Made by a program: the position numbers and the translations under genes
Shown here: in pieces, positions 1 through 8,415 of the stretch
Layout: each line of letters opens with the position of its first letter
How positions within the stretch are numbered: position 1 is the first letter of the stretch
The notes under the pieces: generated by a model
The model's input: the letters and a program-made list of their open reading frames with translations, nothing else
The model's database searches: none
What the model was told of the DNA's origin: nothing
Source of the DNA: Nitrospirota bacterium
Lineage (GTDB): Bacteria; Nitrospirota; UBA9217
Direction: 5' to 3'
DNA: 64,000 nt
Assembly (NCBI GenBank): GCA_963818475.1
Contig: CAWFSF010000006.1
Span: forward strand, 2,208,001 to 2,272,000

Positions 1-258
1 CTTGACGTCGCCCGTCAGGAGGTTCCGGGCCCGCTTGACCCAGAACTTCTGCTCATCATCGATCCCGAACCTGCCTTCGCGCTCGTTGTTCCTGACGAAA
101 TAGGGAACGCTGTCGAGCACGACCACGTCATCGTAGTCCACACGGAAGAAATCCGACGTGTCCTTCACCTTGACACGTTTGGGCACGCGCTCGCGAGGTA
201 TCCATTTGCGGATCATGCGGATGAGTTCTTTTTCTGAATAGCCGCTTGTTTCTGCCAT
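1..258 (-). CDS. N-terminus of a putative Ser/Thr protein kinase-like protein (runs off window)
   Basis: Manual translation MAETSGYSEKELIRMIRKWIPRERVPKRVKVKDTSDFFRVDYDDVVVL...EGRFGIDDEQKFWVKRA; open to position 1; resembles N-termini of kinase-like proteins of sulfate reducers (recalled, not searched). Confidence 0.55.
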   Translation of the reverse strand, partial: MAETSGYSEKELIRMIRKWIPRERVPKRVKVKDTSDFFRVDYDDVVVLDSVPYFVRNNEREGRFGIDDEQKFWVKRARNLLTGDVK

Positions 259-371
259 CATAATTCTCCGATATGAAAACATTATACCATTTTCGTACCT
301 TATGAGAAGAGGGCGCGATTGGGAGCTTTTTATGCGGAGAAAGGTTTTGACAAAGGATGGAAAACGATATT

Positions 372-965
372 TCACACAGAACGGAGAGTCTTCCGGAATA
401 CGTCAAGGGACTGCGCGCCGACAATGGACCTTTTTTCATTGATGAAGAACGTGGGCACGCCGGTCACGCCCAGACGTGCGGCATCTTCCTTCGTCTTTTC
501 GAGCATCGGCAGATACTTCCCGCTTTTAACAGCTGCTACAAGTGCGTCTGCGTCTATCCCGATATCGGTTGCGATCTGCCTGAGGACATCGAGGTCGCCG
601 ATATCGAGGCCATGAGAAAAATAGGCTGCGAACACTGCTTCGTGAAACGCCTGGAATTTGCCCTGTTCCCTGGCGAATTCCGCTGCCAGGAGGGCCGGGC
701 GGGAGTTGGAAAGGATGGGGCGGTCCACGAAGGTGATCCCGAAGGGCGCGCCCATGGTGCGAAGGTGCTCCATCATGCGCTTGATGTCCTCGGCCCGGAA
801 CCTCGCTGTCATGAGCGTCCCTTCCGGCGGTGTCTCAGGATGGATTTCCATGCCTTGCCATTCGACCTCGAGGTCGAATTCCTGTTTCAACTTTTCGACG
901 ATGCCCTCGCCGATGTAGCAGAAGGGTCAGATGTAATCGGAAAAGACCTGCATGCGGATGGACAT
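372..965 (-). CDS. DsbA/FrnE-family thiol oxidoreductase, probable selenoprotein (UxxC)
   Basis: ORF 372..890 extends in frame to ATG 965: MSIRMQVFSDYI-UGA(929-927)-PFCYIG; UGA occupies the first Cys of the DsbA CPxC motif; C-terminal GVTGVPTF cis-Pro loop. Confidence 0.85.
900..913 (-). promoter_or_regulatory. Candidate bacterial SECIS hairpin (5' arm and loop; 3' arm extends to about 895)
   Basis: UCGGCGA-GGGCA-UCGUCGA 7-bp stem starting 13 nt after the UGA, with G-starting apical loop. Confidence 0.55.
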
Positions 966-994
966 GGGAACGACCTCGTTTTCAAAAAAATTTC

Positions 995-1273
995 GTAACT
1001 ATTCAGCATAAATGAAATACTCTTCTCCCGCAGAGGCGCAGAGACGCTGAGAAAATCATTCTTCAAGGCCATTGACATACCGGATAATTCCGGATTTCAT
1101 CAAGGCCTCGCCGAAATTCAACAAGTAGTCAAGCTTGCATGCTCTTAGAGTCGCAAGTACGTCTGAACTTGCTTCTTGTGCGACGCCGTCTCGTTTTCTG
1201 TCATTCTCTGCGCCTCCGCGTCTCTGCGCGAGTTCAGCCCTCTATTCCAACTGTGAATATGCTGAATAGTTAC
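995..1273. mobile_element. MITE-like non-autonomous element
   Basis: Perfect 16-bp terminal inverted repeats GTAACTATTCAGCATA (995-1010 / 1258-1273); 8-bp flanking direct repeat AAAATTTC (987-994, 1274-1281). Confidence 0.8.
1056..1204 (-). pseudogene. Internally deleted GxxExxY (PD-(D/E)XK) protein remnant
   Basis: MTENE..SHKKQVQTYLRL/..KLDYLLNFGEALMKSGIIRYVNGLEE matches the GxxExxY C-terminus; flanked by CGCAGAG-type inverted repeats (1029-1053, 1204-1228). Confidence 0.7.
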
Positions 1274-1351
1274 AAAATTTCATTAGTAAAATTGTAGCAC
1301 AATTCATATGCGCTCTTTGTCGCCTTTCTTTGAGCGCCCAACATTAAGACC

Positions 1352-1710
1352 GCCCCTCACCCCAGCCCCTCTCCCTCGGGGGGAGAGGGAAAAAGGGAGA
1401 AGGTGCTTTATTACTGGTCGAGTGGACGTAACCTTAGACGGGTCCAAAATTTCGCCTGTACTCCGCGAGTGTAGGTCCGTTCCGTGGACGTGCGGGGTTT
1501 GAGGTAAAGATTAGAATCGGAGCTTCTTGCATGGCTCCCATGCGAAAATTTAGCCGGGCGACCGAGTCCGAGGGTGAAGCATTTCGGACTGTCTGAGCCC
1601 GAAGGGCGAGTTTCCGAAATGTACCGAGGACGACCGAGCCTGGCGTTAAGAATTTTCGCCGGGTGCCCTTCTTTGGCGTCACCTTGCTTGGGCACGCAAG
1701 AAAGGTGACA
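1352..1710. repeat. Cluster of palindromic intergenic (REP-like) elements
   Basis: CCCTCACCCCAGCCCCTCTCCC..GGGAGAGGG hairpin; ATTTCGGA..TCCGAAAT and GTCACCTT..AAGGTGAC stems; no credible ORF. Confidence 0.5.
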
Positions 1711-1758
1711 AACCGAGTTAAAGGCTGCAGGAATCATTATATTTTGGTTGTTCAGGGC

Positions 1759-2088
1759 TCAGACTTTTTCCAGGATTGCGCGGGAGGCTTTCACGAAACA
1801 GACGCCTTCAGGCAGTTTGCAGTTGCCTGCCTTCTTCTGGCCAGCGGGATTCGTGGCATTTACAAGGCCTGCCAGGCGGTTGCGGGTCTCGGTCAGGAGC
1901 GCCGCCGCCTCGGTCGAAAGGTCGCGAAGTTCGGCCGCATGTTCCGCTTCGAACTGCTTCAGCGCTTCCCGCGTGTTGTTCAGCGTATTGTTCCATGCGC
2001 TGCATTGACCGCAGAAAAGATTGTGCTGCTGGCCTGCCAGGACACCGGCCAAATAATGATAAGCGCGGAGATGATTAAGGAGTTCCAT
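1759..2088 (-). CDS. Small hypothetical protein with 4 Cys (CxxC ... Cx6C), possible metal binding
   Basis: 109-aa ORF, GAGG RBS, helical middle. Confidence 0.65.
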   Translation of the reverse strand: MELLNHLRAYHYLAGVLAGQQHNLFCGQCSAWNNTLNNTREALKQFEAEHAAELRDLSTEAAALLTETRNRLAGLVNATNPAGQKKAGNCKLPEGVCFVKASRAILEKV

Positions 2089-2111
2089 GGAGAACCTCGA
2101 TTAGCCTGACG

Positions 2112-2354
2112 TTATTGCGCGCTCGCGCAAAAGTACTTCTTAAACAACAACTCTGAACGCTGCGCCGCTTCCGTCGTAAGCGCAACAGACTTAGCCTTGG
2201 ACCGGGGATCGCTGACAAGACCTTTTTCATGCAACCGATTCATCGTTTCCCAGTCAAAGCCCTTCCAGGCGCGCTCTTCGCCTTCCCTGCCGTGCATGAC
2301 CAGATACAGAAGAGCGAGCGTCATTTCGTCGACCTTGTCCTTGTCATATTCCAT
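2112..2354 (-). CDS. DUF6429-family small protein
   Basis: MEYDKDKVDEMTLALLYL...RAWKGFDWETMNRLHEKG...KAKSVALT signature; GGAG RBS. Confidence 0.8.
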   Translation of the reverse strand: MEYDKDKVDEMTLALLYLVMHGREGEERAWKGFDWETMNRLHEKGLVSDPRSKAKSVALTTEAAQRSELLFKKYFCASAQ

Positions 2355-2583
2355 GGCACACTCCCTGGCAACAAAGAATGATTTACAGAGTATGAGATTA
2401 TCCGCTGAATACATTTTCAGAATAGCAAATTGGAGCGAGGGTGTCAAACTGAGCGAGTTTCCGAAGTGTGGTAGAAAAAGATTTTTATTGAATAAGAGGT
2501 GGCTCGCCACGTGTCAACGTCCCCTATGTTCTTGTAGTCCGCCAGATCTCGGAACACCAAAATAAAAGACGTGACCCTATAAT

Positions 2584-2731
2584 TCTTGTAAGAGCCCTTC
2601 GTATGCGATGCCTTTTACATCAGCGCTCATCACCGACCAGTTTTCCTTATCGATCAGGTCGACAACAAGCCGCCGCAGCTTTGAAGGGTACTGGAACTTG
2701 TTCTGGGATTTGTTGAAGATCAGGCCGAGCA
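2584..2731 (-). pseudogene. hsdM: Internal fragment of type I R-M methyltransferase HsdM
   Basis: LGLIFNKSQNKFQYPSKLRRLVVDLIDKENWSVMSADVKGIAYEGLLQ matches the HsdM N-terminal region; no start or end. Confidence 0.75.
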
Positions 2732-2764
2732 AAATCAATACCTCCCATGTTGATCAATTACAAG

Positions 2765-3496
2765 CTATATCGGCTTTTTCTTTCTTCTTTGGATACCCCT
2801 TTTACGTTTCGCAATTTGACTTTTTTCATAATCATCATATTTTCTAGTTTTTAAATTAGTTTTTGTGGTTTCAATTTGCCTATAGTGTTTGTTAAAATCG
2901 CGCTCGAATGTTGGAAGAGACACCACTAAGTCATGTATAATGTCCGACAGTTTATTCACAAGATTGAACTTAAATTGGAGCGATAATAAGTTTTCAAGAT
3001 TGATCAGTCTATATTTTTCCGTTTCAATATCGCTATTATCGCTATTGAAGGGATATATCCATTGCCCATGTGCAAGTTTATTTCTAATTTCTATTATCAA
3101 CCTCAATTCGTTACTAAGAAGATCTGAGAGAGAACTATACTGGGCATACGCCGTAAATGGGATCGTAGTGGAATCGAGGTGAGCATGGGGGACGTTATAA
3201 TGTTTACGAAATGCAATTTCGATAGCTTTTTGCCATTGAATAAGCTGTGCATCTTGACTTAAAATCCGTTTTCTCTCATCTGGCGTGTAGCCTCCCTTTT
3301 CAAAAAGAAGCTTTCTTAGGCGTGTTTCGGCCCAAGCACCTATCAAAAAAGAAAACAGCCTAACAAATGATGCTGTGGCAGGCTGATTTTCATCTGAAAT
3401 CGCTCTGCGTGCAGAAAGAGCAGCATTTTGGATTGCTATCTCTATAGAGCGGAGATTTTCAACATGATACTTATATGTTTTTTCGTCGGTTAAAAT
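2765..3496 (-). CDS. HEPN-motif (RxxxxH) protein, putative RNase toxin/effector; start uncertain
   Basis: Frame open upstream of 3346 to ATT at 3496 (about 243 aa; ATG 3521 is off by 1 nt); helical; IIEIRNKLAHGQW motif. Confidence 0.7.
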   Translation of the reverse strand: MLTDEKTYKYHVENLRSIEIAIQNAALSARRAISDENQPATASFVRLFSFLIGAWAETRLRKLLFEKGGYTPDERKRILSQDAQLIQWQKAIEIAFRKHYNVPHAHLDSTTIPFTAYAQYSSLSDLLSNELRLIIEIRNKLAHGQWIYPFNSDNSDIETEKYRLINLENLLSLQFKFNLVNKLSDIIHDLVVSLPTFERDFNKHYRQIETTKTNLKTRKYDDYEKSQIAKRKRGIQRRKKKPI

Positions 3497-3523
3497 TGCA
3501 GCCCTTTTCTCTCGATTTCATAT

Positions 3524-3565
3524 CGCCAAAAAGCACTTAACAATAATATTAAATGCCCTTTGGCG
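3524..3565 (-). terminator. 19-bp hairpin containing a terminator-like stem with U-run
   Basis: CGCCAAAGGGCAUUUAAUA-UUAU-UGUUAAGUGCUUUUUGGCG; all 19 positions pair (4 G-U), which favours the minus strand. Confidence 0.7.
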
Positions 3566-3631
3566 GTAGGGAATCGAACCCCCACTATACTCTCACCTTT
3601 CGGCAAGCGTGTTTCCATTACACCATCGCCC
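3561..3631 (-). ncRNA. tRNA-like RNA with anticodon loop replaced by a GAAA tetraloop
   Basis: GGGCGAUG-GUGU-AAUGGAA-ACAC-G-CUUGCC-GAAA-GGUGAG-AGUAUA-GUGGGGG-UUCGAUU-CCCUAC-CGCCA: D-arm with GG, canonical T-loop, GGCG/CGCC acceptor-like stem; starts at the predicted +1. Confidence 0.7.
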
Positions 3632-3637
3632 GAAAAC

Positions 3638-3666
3638 ATTATACCAAGCCAGTCTATCATTGACAA
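3638..3666 (-). promoter_or_regulatory. sigma70 promoter for the tRNA-like RNA
   Basis: TTGTCA-17 nt-TATAAT with extended -10 TG; +1 predicted at about 3631. Confidence 0.75.
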
Positions 3667-3806
3667 CTTCTTATTAGAAATAATTCGTTTTCAGTATATT
3701 CATATTGTATAAAGAAGATAATAACGACTTCCCTGGTGCGCCTGTAGCGGCGGTTGAGAGCTCCAATACCGAAACCTACCCCCACCCACCCCAACCTCCT
3801 ACCGCC

Positions 3807-3862
3807 TAGTTCCCTATTTATGAACTTTTATTATTGACTTTTATTGGGAACTACTATAATAT
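3807..3862 (+). promoter_or_regulatory. higBA promoter with candidate inverted-repeat operator
   Basis: TTGACT (3834) and TATAAT (3855)/TAATAT (3857); inverted repeat TAGTTCCC (3807-14)/GGGAACTA (3846-53). Confidence 0.55.
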
Positions 3863-3906
3863 AGCTCTTATGAAAGACTATACCTTCAAACATGCAAAGG
3901 ACTTCC

Positions 3907-4191
3907 ATGGTACTAGTTGGTCGAGAGAAGCTACGGCAATTCACTAATGAACATGCAGATGCACGTGGTTGGATAAATACGTGGATTGCAGAAACAAGAG
4001 TTGCTCAGTGGAAGAATCCCTCAGATATAAAAAAACAATATTGTACCGCGAGCCTTTTGGCAGGTACTGTTGTTATATTTAATGTTAAAGGGAACAGTTA
4101 TCGCCTAGAAACACAGGTCGATTTCAATGCCGGCGCCATCGCCGTAAAGTGGATTGGAACGCATGCTGAATATACCAAACGATATAGATAA
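3907..4191 (+). CDS. higB: HigB-family mRNA interferase toxin
   Basis: W..P.DIK..Y..AS...VIFNVKGNSYRL...KWIGTHAEYTK. Confidence 0.9.
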   Translation: MVLVGREKLRQFTNEHADARGWINTWIAETRVAQWKNPSDIKKQYCTASLLAGTVVIFNVKGNSYRLETQVDFNAGAIAVKWIGTHAEYTKRYR

Positions 4192-4201
4192 AGGGATTAC
4201 G

Positions 4202-5423
4202 ATGATACCTAAAGTTATTGACACTGATAAAAAATATCGGGAAGCACTCGCAGAGGTTGAGCGGCTTATCGCAATTAGTCCAAAACCAGGAACAACTGAT
4301 GCAGATCGATTAGCGCTTTTAGCGACCCTTGTTGAAGTATATGAAACTAAGCATTATCATTTTGAGATGCCCACTCCTATTGAATCAATACGTTTTCGAA
4401 TGGAAGAACAAGGGTTAATGCAGCGAGATTTAGTTCCATTTATAGGCAGTAAAAGCAAGGTTTCCGAAGTTTTGTCGGGCAAGCGACCTCTTACTATCCA
4501 AATGATTCGTGCGCTAAATGCGGGATTAGGTATTCCTGCTGAAGTCTTGTTGCAGGAACCTCAAAAAACAAAAGGGACCAAATGCACTGATGTCGAAATA
4601 GATTGGCAAAAGTTCCCCATAGTAGAAATGGTTAAGCGCGGTTGGATTGTGACCAGAAGTCAGAATTTGCAAGATGGATCAGAAGAACTAATGCAAAAGT
4701 TTTTTTCACCACTAGGTGGTACGATTCCCGCTGCGGCTATTTGTCGCCGCACAATACATGAACGTTCTAGCACGGAGATGGATAAATATTCGCTTATTGC
4801 CTGGACAACGCGCGTACTGATCCGATCAAATGATGTCAGTTGTTCTGGAGAGTATAAACCAGGGACAGTTACAAAAGATTTTTTAAAAGAAGTGTCTCGC
4901 TTAAGTTGGTTTAAGCAGGGCCCTCATTTGGCTCAAGAATTTTTGGCTAAAAATGGCATTGCAATTATAATCGAACCCCACTTGCCTCAGACACGTCTTG
5001 ATGGCGGGGCGATGCAAACAAAAGATGGAAGACCAGTTATCGGCCTCACTCTAAGATATGATCGTATCGATAACTTTTGGTACACACTTCTACACGAGTT
5101 AGTACATATTGCTAAACATTTGAAAACGGGAGATGATGCATTTGTCGATGATCTTGATACTGAACAACAGGATGATCCACAGGCAGAGAGAGGCAGATAG
5201 AATTACGCGGGAAACATTCATTCCACGATCTGTCTGGATAAGAAGCGATGCGTATCTAAAAAGAACTGAGCAAGCAATCAAAGACCTTGCCGAAGAACTT
5301 CGAATACATCCGGCAATAGTGGCTGGTAGAATACGTCAGGAAACCAGGAATTATGCACTTTTTCATGAATTAATTGGACAGGGCGAAATTAGAAAATTTT
5401 TTCCTGGATACAAATGGAATTAG
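4202..5423 (+). CDS. higA: HigA-type HTH antitoxin fused to ImmA/IrrE metallopeptidase (frameshift near 5185)
   Basis: PTPIESIRFRMEEQGL..DL...SKSKVSEVLSGKRPLT HTH; RYDRIDNFWYTLLHELVH (HExxH); C-terminus EREAD..HPAIVAGRIR in ORF 5133..5423. Confidence 0.85.
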
Positions 5424-5434
5424 GAGAGCAAGCA

Positions 5435-6508
5435 ATGTTCGACCACAAACATTATGTCCCAATTCTTAAAGCGAAGGAAGGTGAATTTGGCGCTCTTTCT
5501 GAGCTTACAGAAAAAGTAAAAAAGCAAATTACACCCGTGATTGACATATACAAGGAGGACAATTCCGGTAAGGCACTGGACGTTTATCTTCATAAAATTG
5601 GGAACAAAATACTTTCTTCATGGGGAGATACTCACCCCATCTTCGTAGACCTTTTCGGAATTAACTTAAAGGACCGCGTTTCAGATGGGAGCCATCCATT
5701 GACGTATCTATTTGATCACCTTCGAACGATTAAAGTTAAGGCAATTCCTTTAACAGGTTTTGATCGTGATGAAGCCTACAACGAAGCCTTGTCGAGTATA
5801 ATAAAAAACGATGAAATGGGTTTTTGTGTTCGCATCTTAGCCGACGATATGGTGGACACTGATGATCTTTCGGACAACCTGAATACGCTGCTGGTTGACT
5901 TAAATGTTGCTGAAAAAAGTATTCATTTATTGCTTGATTTCAGAGAGCTGAAAATCGACAAAGTTCCTTGGGCGGTGGCCACTGCGATTAACACAATCAA
6001 CAATCTACCTTCAGTCAATACCTGGAACACGCTCACGGTCGCGGCGTCCGGTTTCCCAGGTTCACTTGCTGATGTTGGTACGCAATCAGTGAAAAAAATA
6101 CCTAGGACTGAATTTCTCTTATGGAAAGCGCTATTCGGTCGAAAAAGTGAAATTAACAGGATGCCTGCTTTTGGCGACTATGGAGTTGCTCACCCGGATC
6201 TCTTGAGTCTGGATTGGAGAAAGGTCCGACTCGTACCTAATGTACGATATACTCTGCCAACAGAATGGTTAGTTTTGAGGGGTGGAACTAACAAAAAATA
6301 CGGAAGTAAGCAGACGCATAAGCTTTCCGGTGATCTTGTTAAAATGAGCGAATATTATGGTGAAAGTTATTGCTGGGGAGACAACTATATTAAATCATGT
6401 GCAGGGGAGAACATAGGACCTGGGAATATGAGCACATGGCGGAAAATCGGAACCAATCATCATCTTACCCTTGTTGCTTCACAGATCGCCATTGCTGCCG
6501 TTTCTTAA
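5435..6508 (+). CDS. Beta-family protein (P4 beta-like)
   Basis: HYVPILKAKEGE, ASGFP, FGDYG, VRYT, WGD, WRKIGTNHHLT motifs; GGAG RBS right after the higA stop. Confidence 0.85.
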   Translation: MFDHKHYVPILKAKEGEFGALSELTEKVKKQITPVIDIYKEDNSGKALDVYLHKIGNKILSSWGDTHPIFVDLFGINLKDRVSDGSHPLTYLFDHLRTIKVKAIPLTGFDRDEAYNEALSSIIKNDEMGFCVRILADDMVDTDDLSDNLNTLLVDLNVAEKSIHLLLDFRELKIDKVPWAVATAINTINNLPSVNTWNTLTVAASGFPGSLADVGTQSVKKIPRTEFLLWKALFGRKSEINRMPAFGDYGVAHPDLLSLDWRKVRLVPNVRYTLPTEWLVLRGGTNKKYGSKQTHKLSGDLVKMSEYYGESYCWGDNYIKSCAGENIGPGNMSTWRKIGTNHHLTLVASQIAIAAVS

Positions 6509-7043
6509 TCCTATTTCTTACTTCGCAACGCAATTCCTTAAGAGGCAAGCGCGATATAATGCGATCCCACAATACATCTCGAGGTTTGCTAACAATTCCT
6601 TTATGTAAGTTTCTTTCCTTTAGAATTTCAAGAGCTTCTTCTCGCCACAACAGTTGAACTAGTGCTTTCGGATCGATAGCGGTATTTTTTCTACAAAGAC
6701 GAACGTCCACCAAATTGATCTTTCCGTCGCTGTATTGCGCTTCCTTTAGCCCCCACCACTTTGGCACCTGCCTTCTTATCTCTGCAACATGGCATGAACT
6801 AGCGACAACTGTTACACAATCAAATATTTTACAATAAATATCTTGTTGGGCAGATAATCTATTTAAAGTATCTCGTTCGCTTTTGATCTCATATCCGTGA
6901 ATTGAACCATTAATAACTGCAAGATCGACGCGTGAGTCGCCTTGGCATAACCCGAGCTCTTCTATAATCAATGTATCAATATCATCATTGTATTTTTTTT
7001 GAAGAGTTAACAGCAAAAGTTTTCTGATATCGATGTCGCGCAT
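6465..7043 (-). CDS. sce7726-family PD-(D/E)XK-like protein
   Basis: IIEELGL...RVDLAVING..HGYEIKSERDTL.RL..Q...Y; PKWWG; QLLWREEAL. Confidence 0.85.
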   Translation of the reverse strand: MRDIDIRKLLLLTLQKKYNDDIDTLIIEELGLCQGDSRVDLAVINGSIHGYEIKSERDTLNRLSAQQDIYCKIFDCVTVVASSCHVAEIRRQVPKWWGLKEAQYSDGKINLVDVRLCRKNTAIDPKALVQLLWREEALEILKERNLHKGIVSKPRDVLWDRIISRLPLKELRCEVRNRIKKRQQWRSVKQQG

Positions 7044-7208
7044 GTATCCTTTGTCATTTTTGCTTCTTAATTTCAATTTTTTCTCGTTGTGTTAAGTGAT
7101 TGGATTATAGGTACTGTACACTTTATTGTCAATAGCAGAAAGCAGGCATCCTCTCCAATTGGATAGTGGCATCAACCGGCCGAGGTGGCTGAGCGCGAGG
7201 TTAGTCGC

Positions 7209-8040
7209 TTATGTCGCTAGTCGTCCCATGAACCTCCTCCCGTACAACTCCCATGGAGTTAAGCCTTCAAACATCATGCTTGTGATGTTTTCTAAAGGAC
7301 CATCGGTCGCGAAAACTGCAGTCGGAGTATACTTCAACATAAATCCTTGAAGACCAGAGGTGGAGATAACCGGGAAGGAGTTAAATATATCAGGTATGAA
7401 TCTCGCTACCCGAGAAAGATGAAGTTCTGGGGGGATCCCATCAGCAAGTAGCTCTCTACGACGAGCAGGACTAATAATGTCATTTACGTCAACTGTCATG
7501 GTCTGAAATTCGGCTGCAAGAACCTTATCTGGAAGATACGCAAGCTCACCAATCCCATAGGGTTGTTGTTTGACTGAAATGTCCACAACGGTATACGGCG
7601 GGACAAAGAGCCAAGCATGGCCTGCAAAAAAATCTCCATGATCAACTGACCAAAAGTACCTTGTGTCGATTCGTGACTCAAGCGGGAACGATATTGTAAG
7701 GGAACCCTTAATGCAACAATTCCAAACTCCTTCCTTGTCCAATATACGTGAAAGGATTCCTGAAATATCTATGCACGCGCCTTGACGACCATGCCGTACC
7801 AATTCCTGATGTAGTAAAGAGGCAGCAACTTTAATTTTTTGTTTAGTCACCCGCAAGTACTCGGTCGAATAGGGTCTTTTGGCAACAAAAGCAGCTGGAA
7901 TAATTGTTTAAATATGCCGGGTTAAGGCGTTCTACAGACAAGAAGTTTGGATGATCACAAAAGCCTGGAGAATCAATCGGTATTCCTCGTGTAACAAAAT
8001 CTTGTTCGAGATATGCATAGTCAGCAGAAAAATCATTCAT
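7209..8040 (-). CDS. Hypothetical protein with putative Cys-His-Asp (transglutaminase/papain-like) triad; frameshifted near 7860-7900
   Basis: ORFs 7843..8040 and 7209..7856 are consecutive; GACIDIS...GHAWL...VVDIS. Confidence 0.55.
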
Positions 8041-8095
8041 AGTCTATTTCCCATCTTTGCAATTTTATTTCGCATTAGATAAAGCAAATATTGGA

Positions 8096-8395
8096 TTAAG
8101 GTCTATTCCATTTTTCTACATTTGTTTTTCTAAAATGGATATTATGGCTCGCCTCTTTAGTATTTTGCTGTCGGACTAACGAATTCATTTTCGCAAGTTC
8201 TCTGGCTAAATCAGAATGTAACAGCCTGAACGGCTCAGATTTGGACATGTATTCATGAAACAGTGTATTGATATATAGATGAGGTTGTTGTTTTACAAGT
8301 TCCCCAATGAATGCATGGCTATCGAATTCCTGATCCATGTTCGCAATTACGTTTGGCAGTGTTGCAATTAGTTGAGAAAAGTATGTCCCTGACAT
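8096..8395 (-). CDS. Hypothetical protein
   Basis: 99-aa ORF with AGGAG RBS. Confidence 0.65.
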   Translation of the reverse strand: MSGTYFSQLIATLPNVIANMDQEFDSHAFIGELVKQQPHLYINTLFHEYMSKSEPFRLLHSDLARELAKMNSLVRQQNTKEASHNIHFRKTNVEKWNRP

Positions 8396-8415
8396 TCAAT
8401 CTCCTTTATAGCAAT

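Noticed and set aside
3470-3490. A-AAA-AAC slippery site as a programmed -1 frameshift joining ATG 3521 to the HEPN frame
   Set aside because: Joining the frames needs +1, not -1.
3561-3631. Canonical tRNA gene
   Set aside because: The anticodon loop is a 4-nt GAAA tetraloop and the acceptor stem is short/imperfect, so it cannot decode; kept as a tRNA-like ncRNA. No Ro60 gene is nearby, so it is not called a Y RNA.
3776-3806. C-rich tract (G-quadruplex-like on the minus strand) upstream of higB
   Set aside because: Only three tracts of 3 or more G; no supporting evidence.
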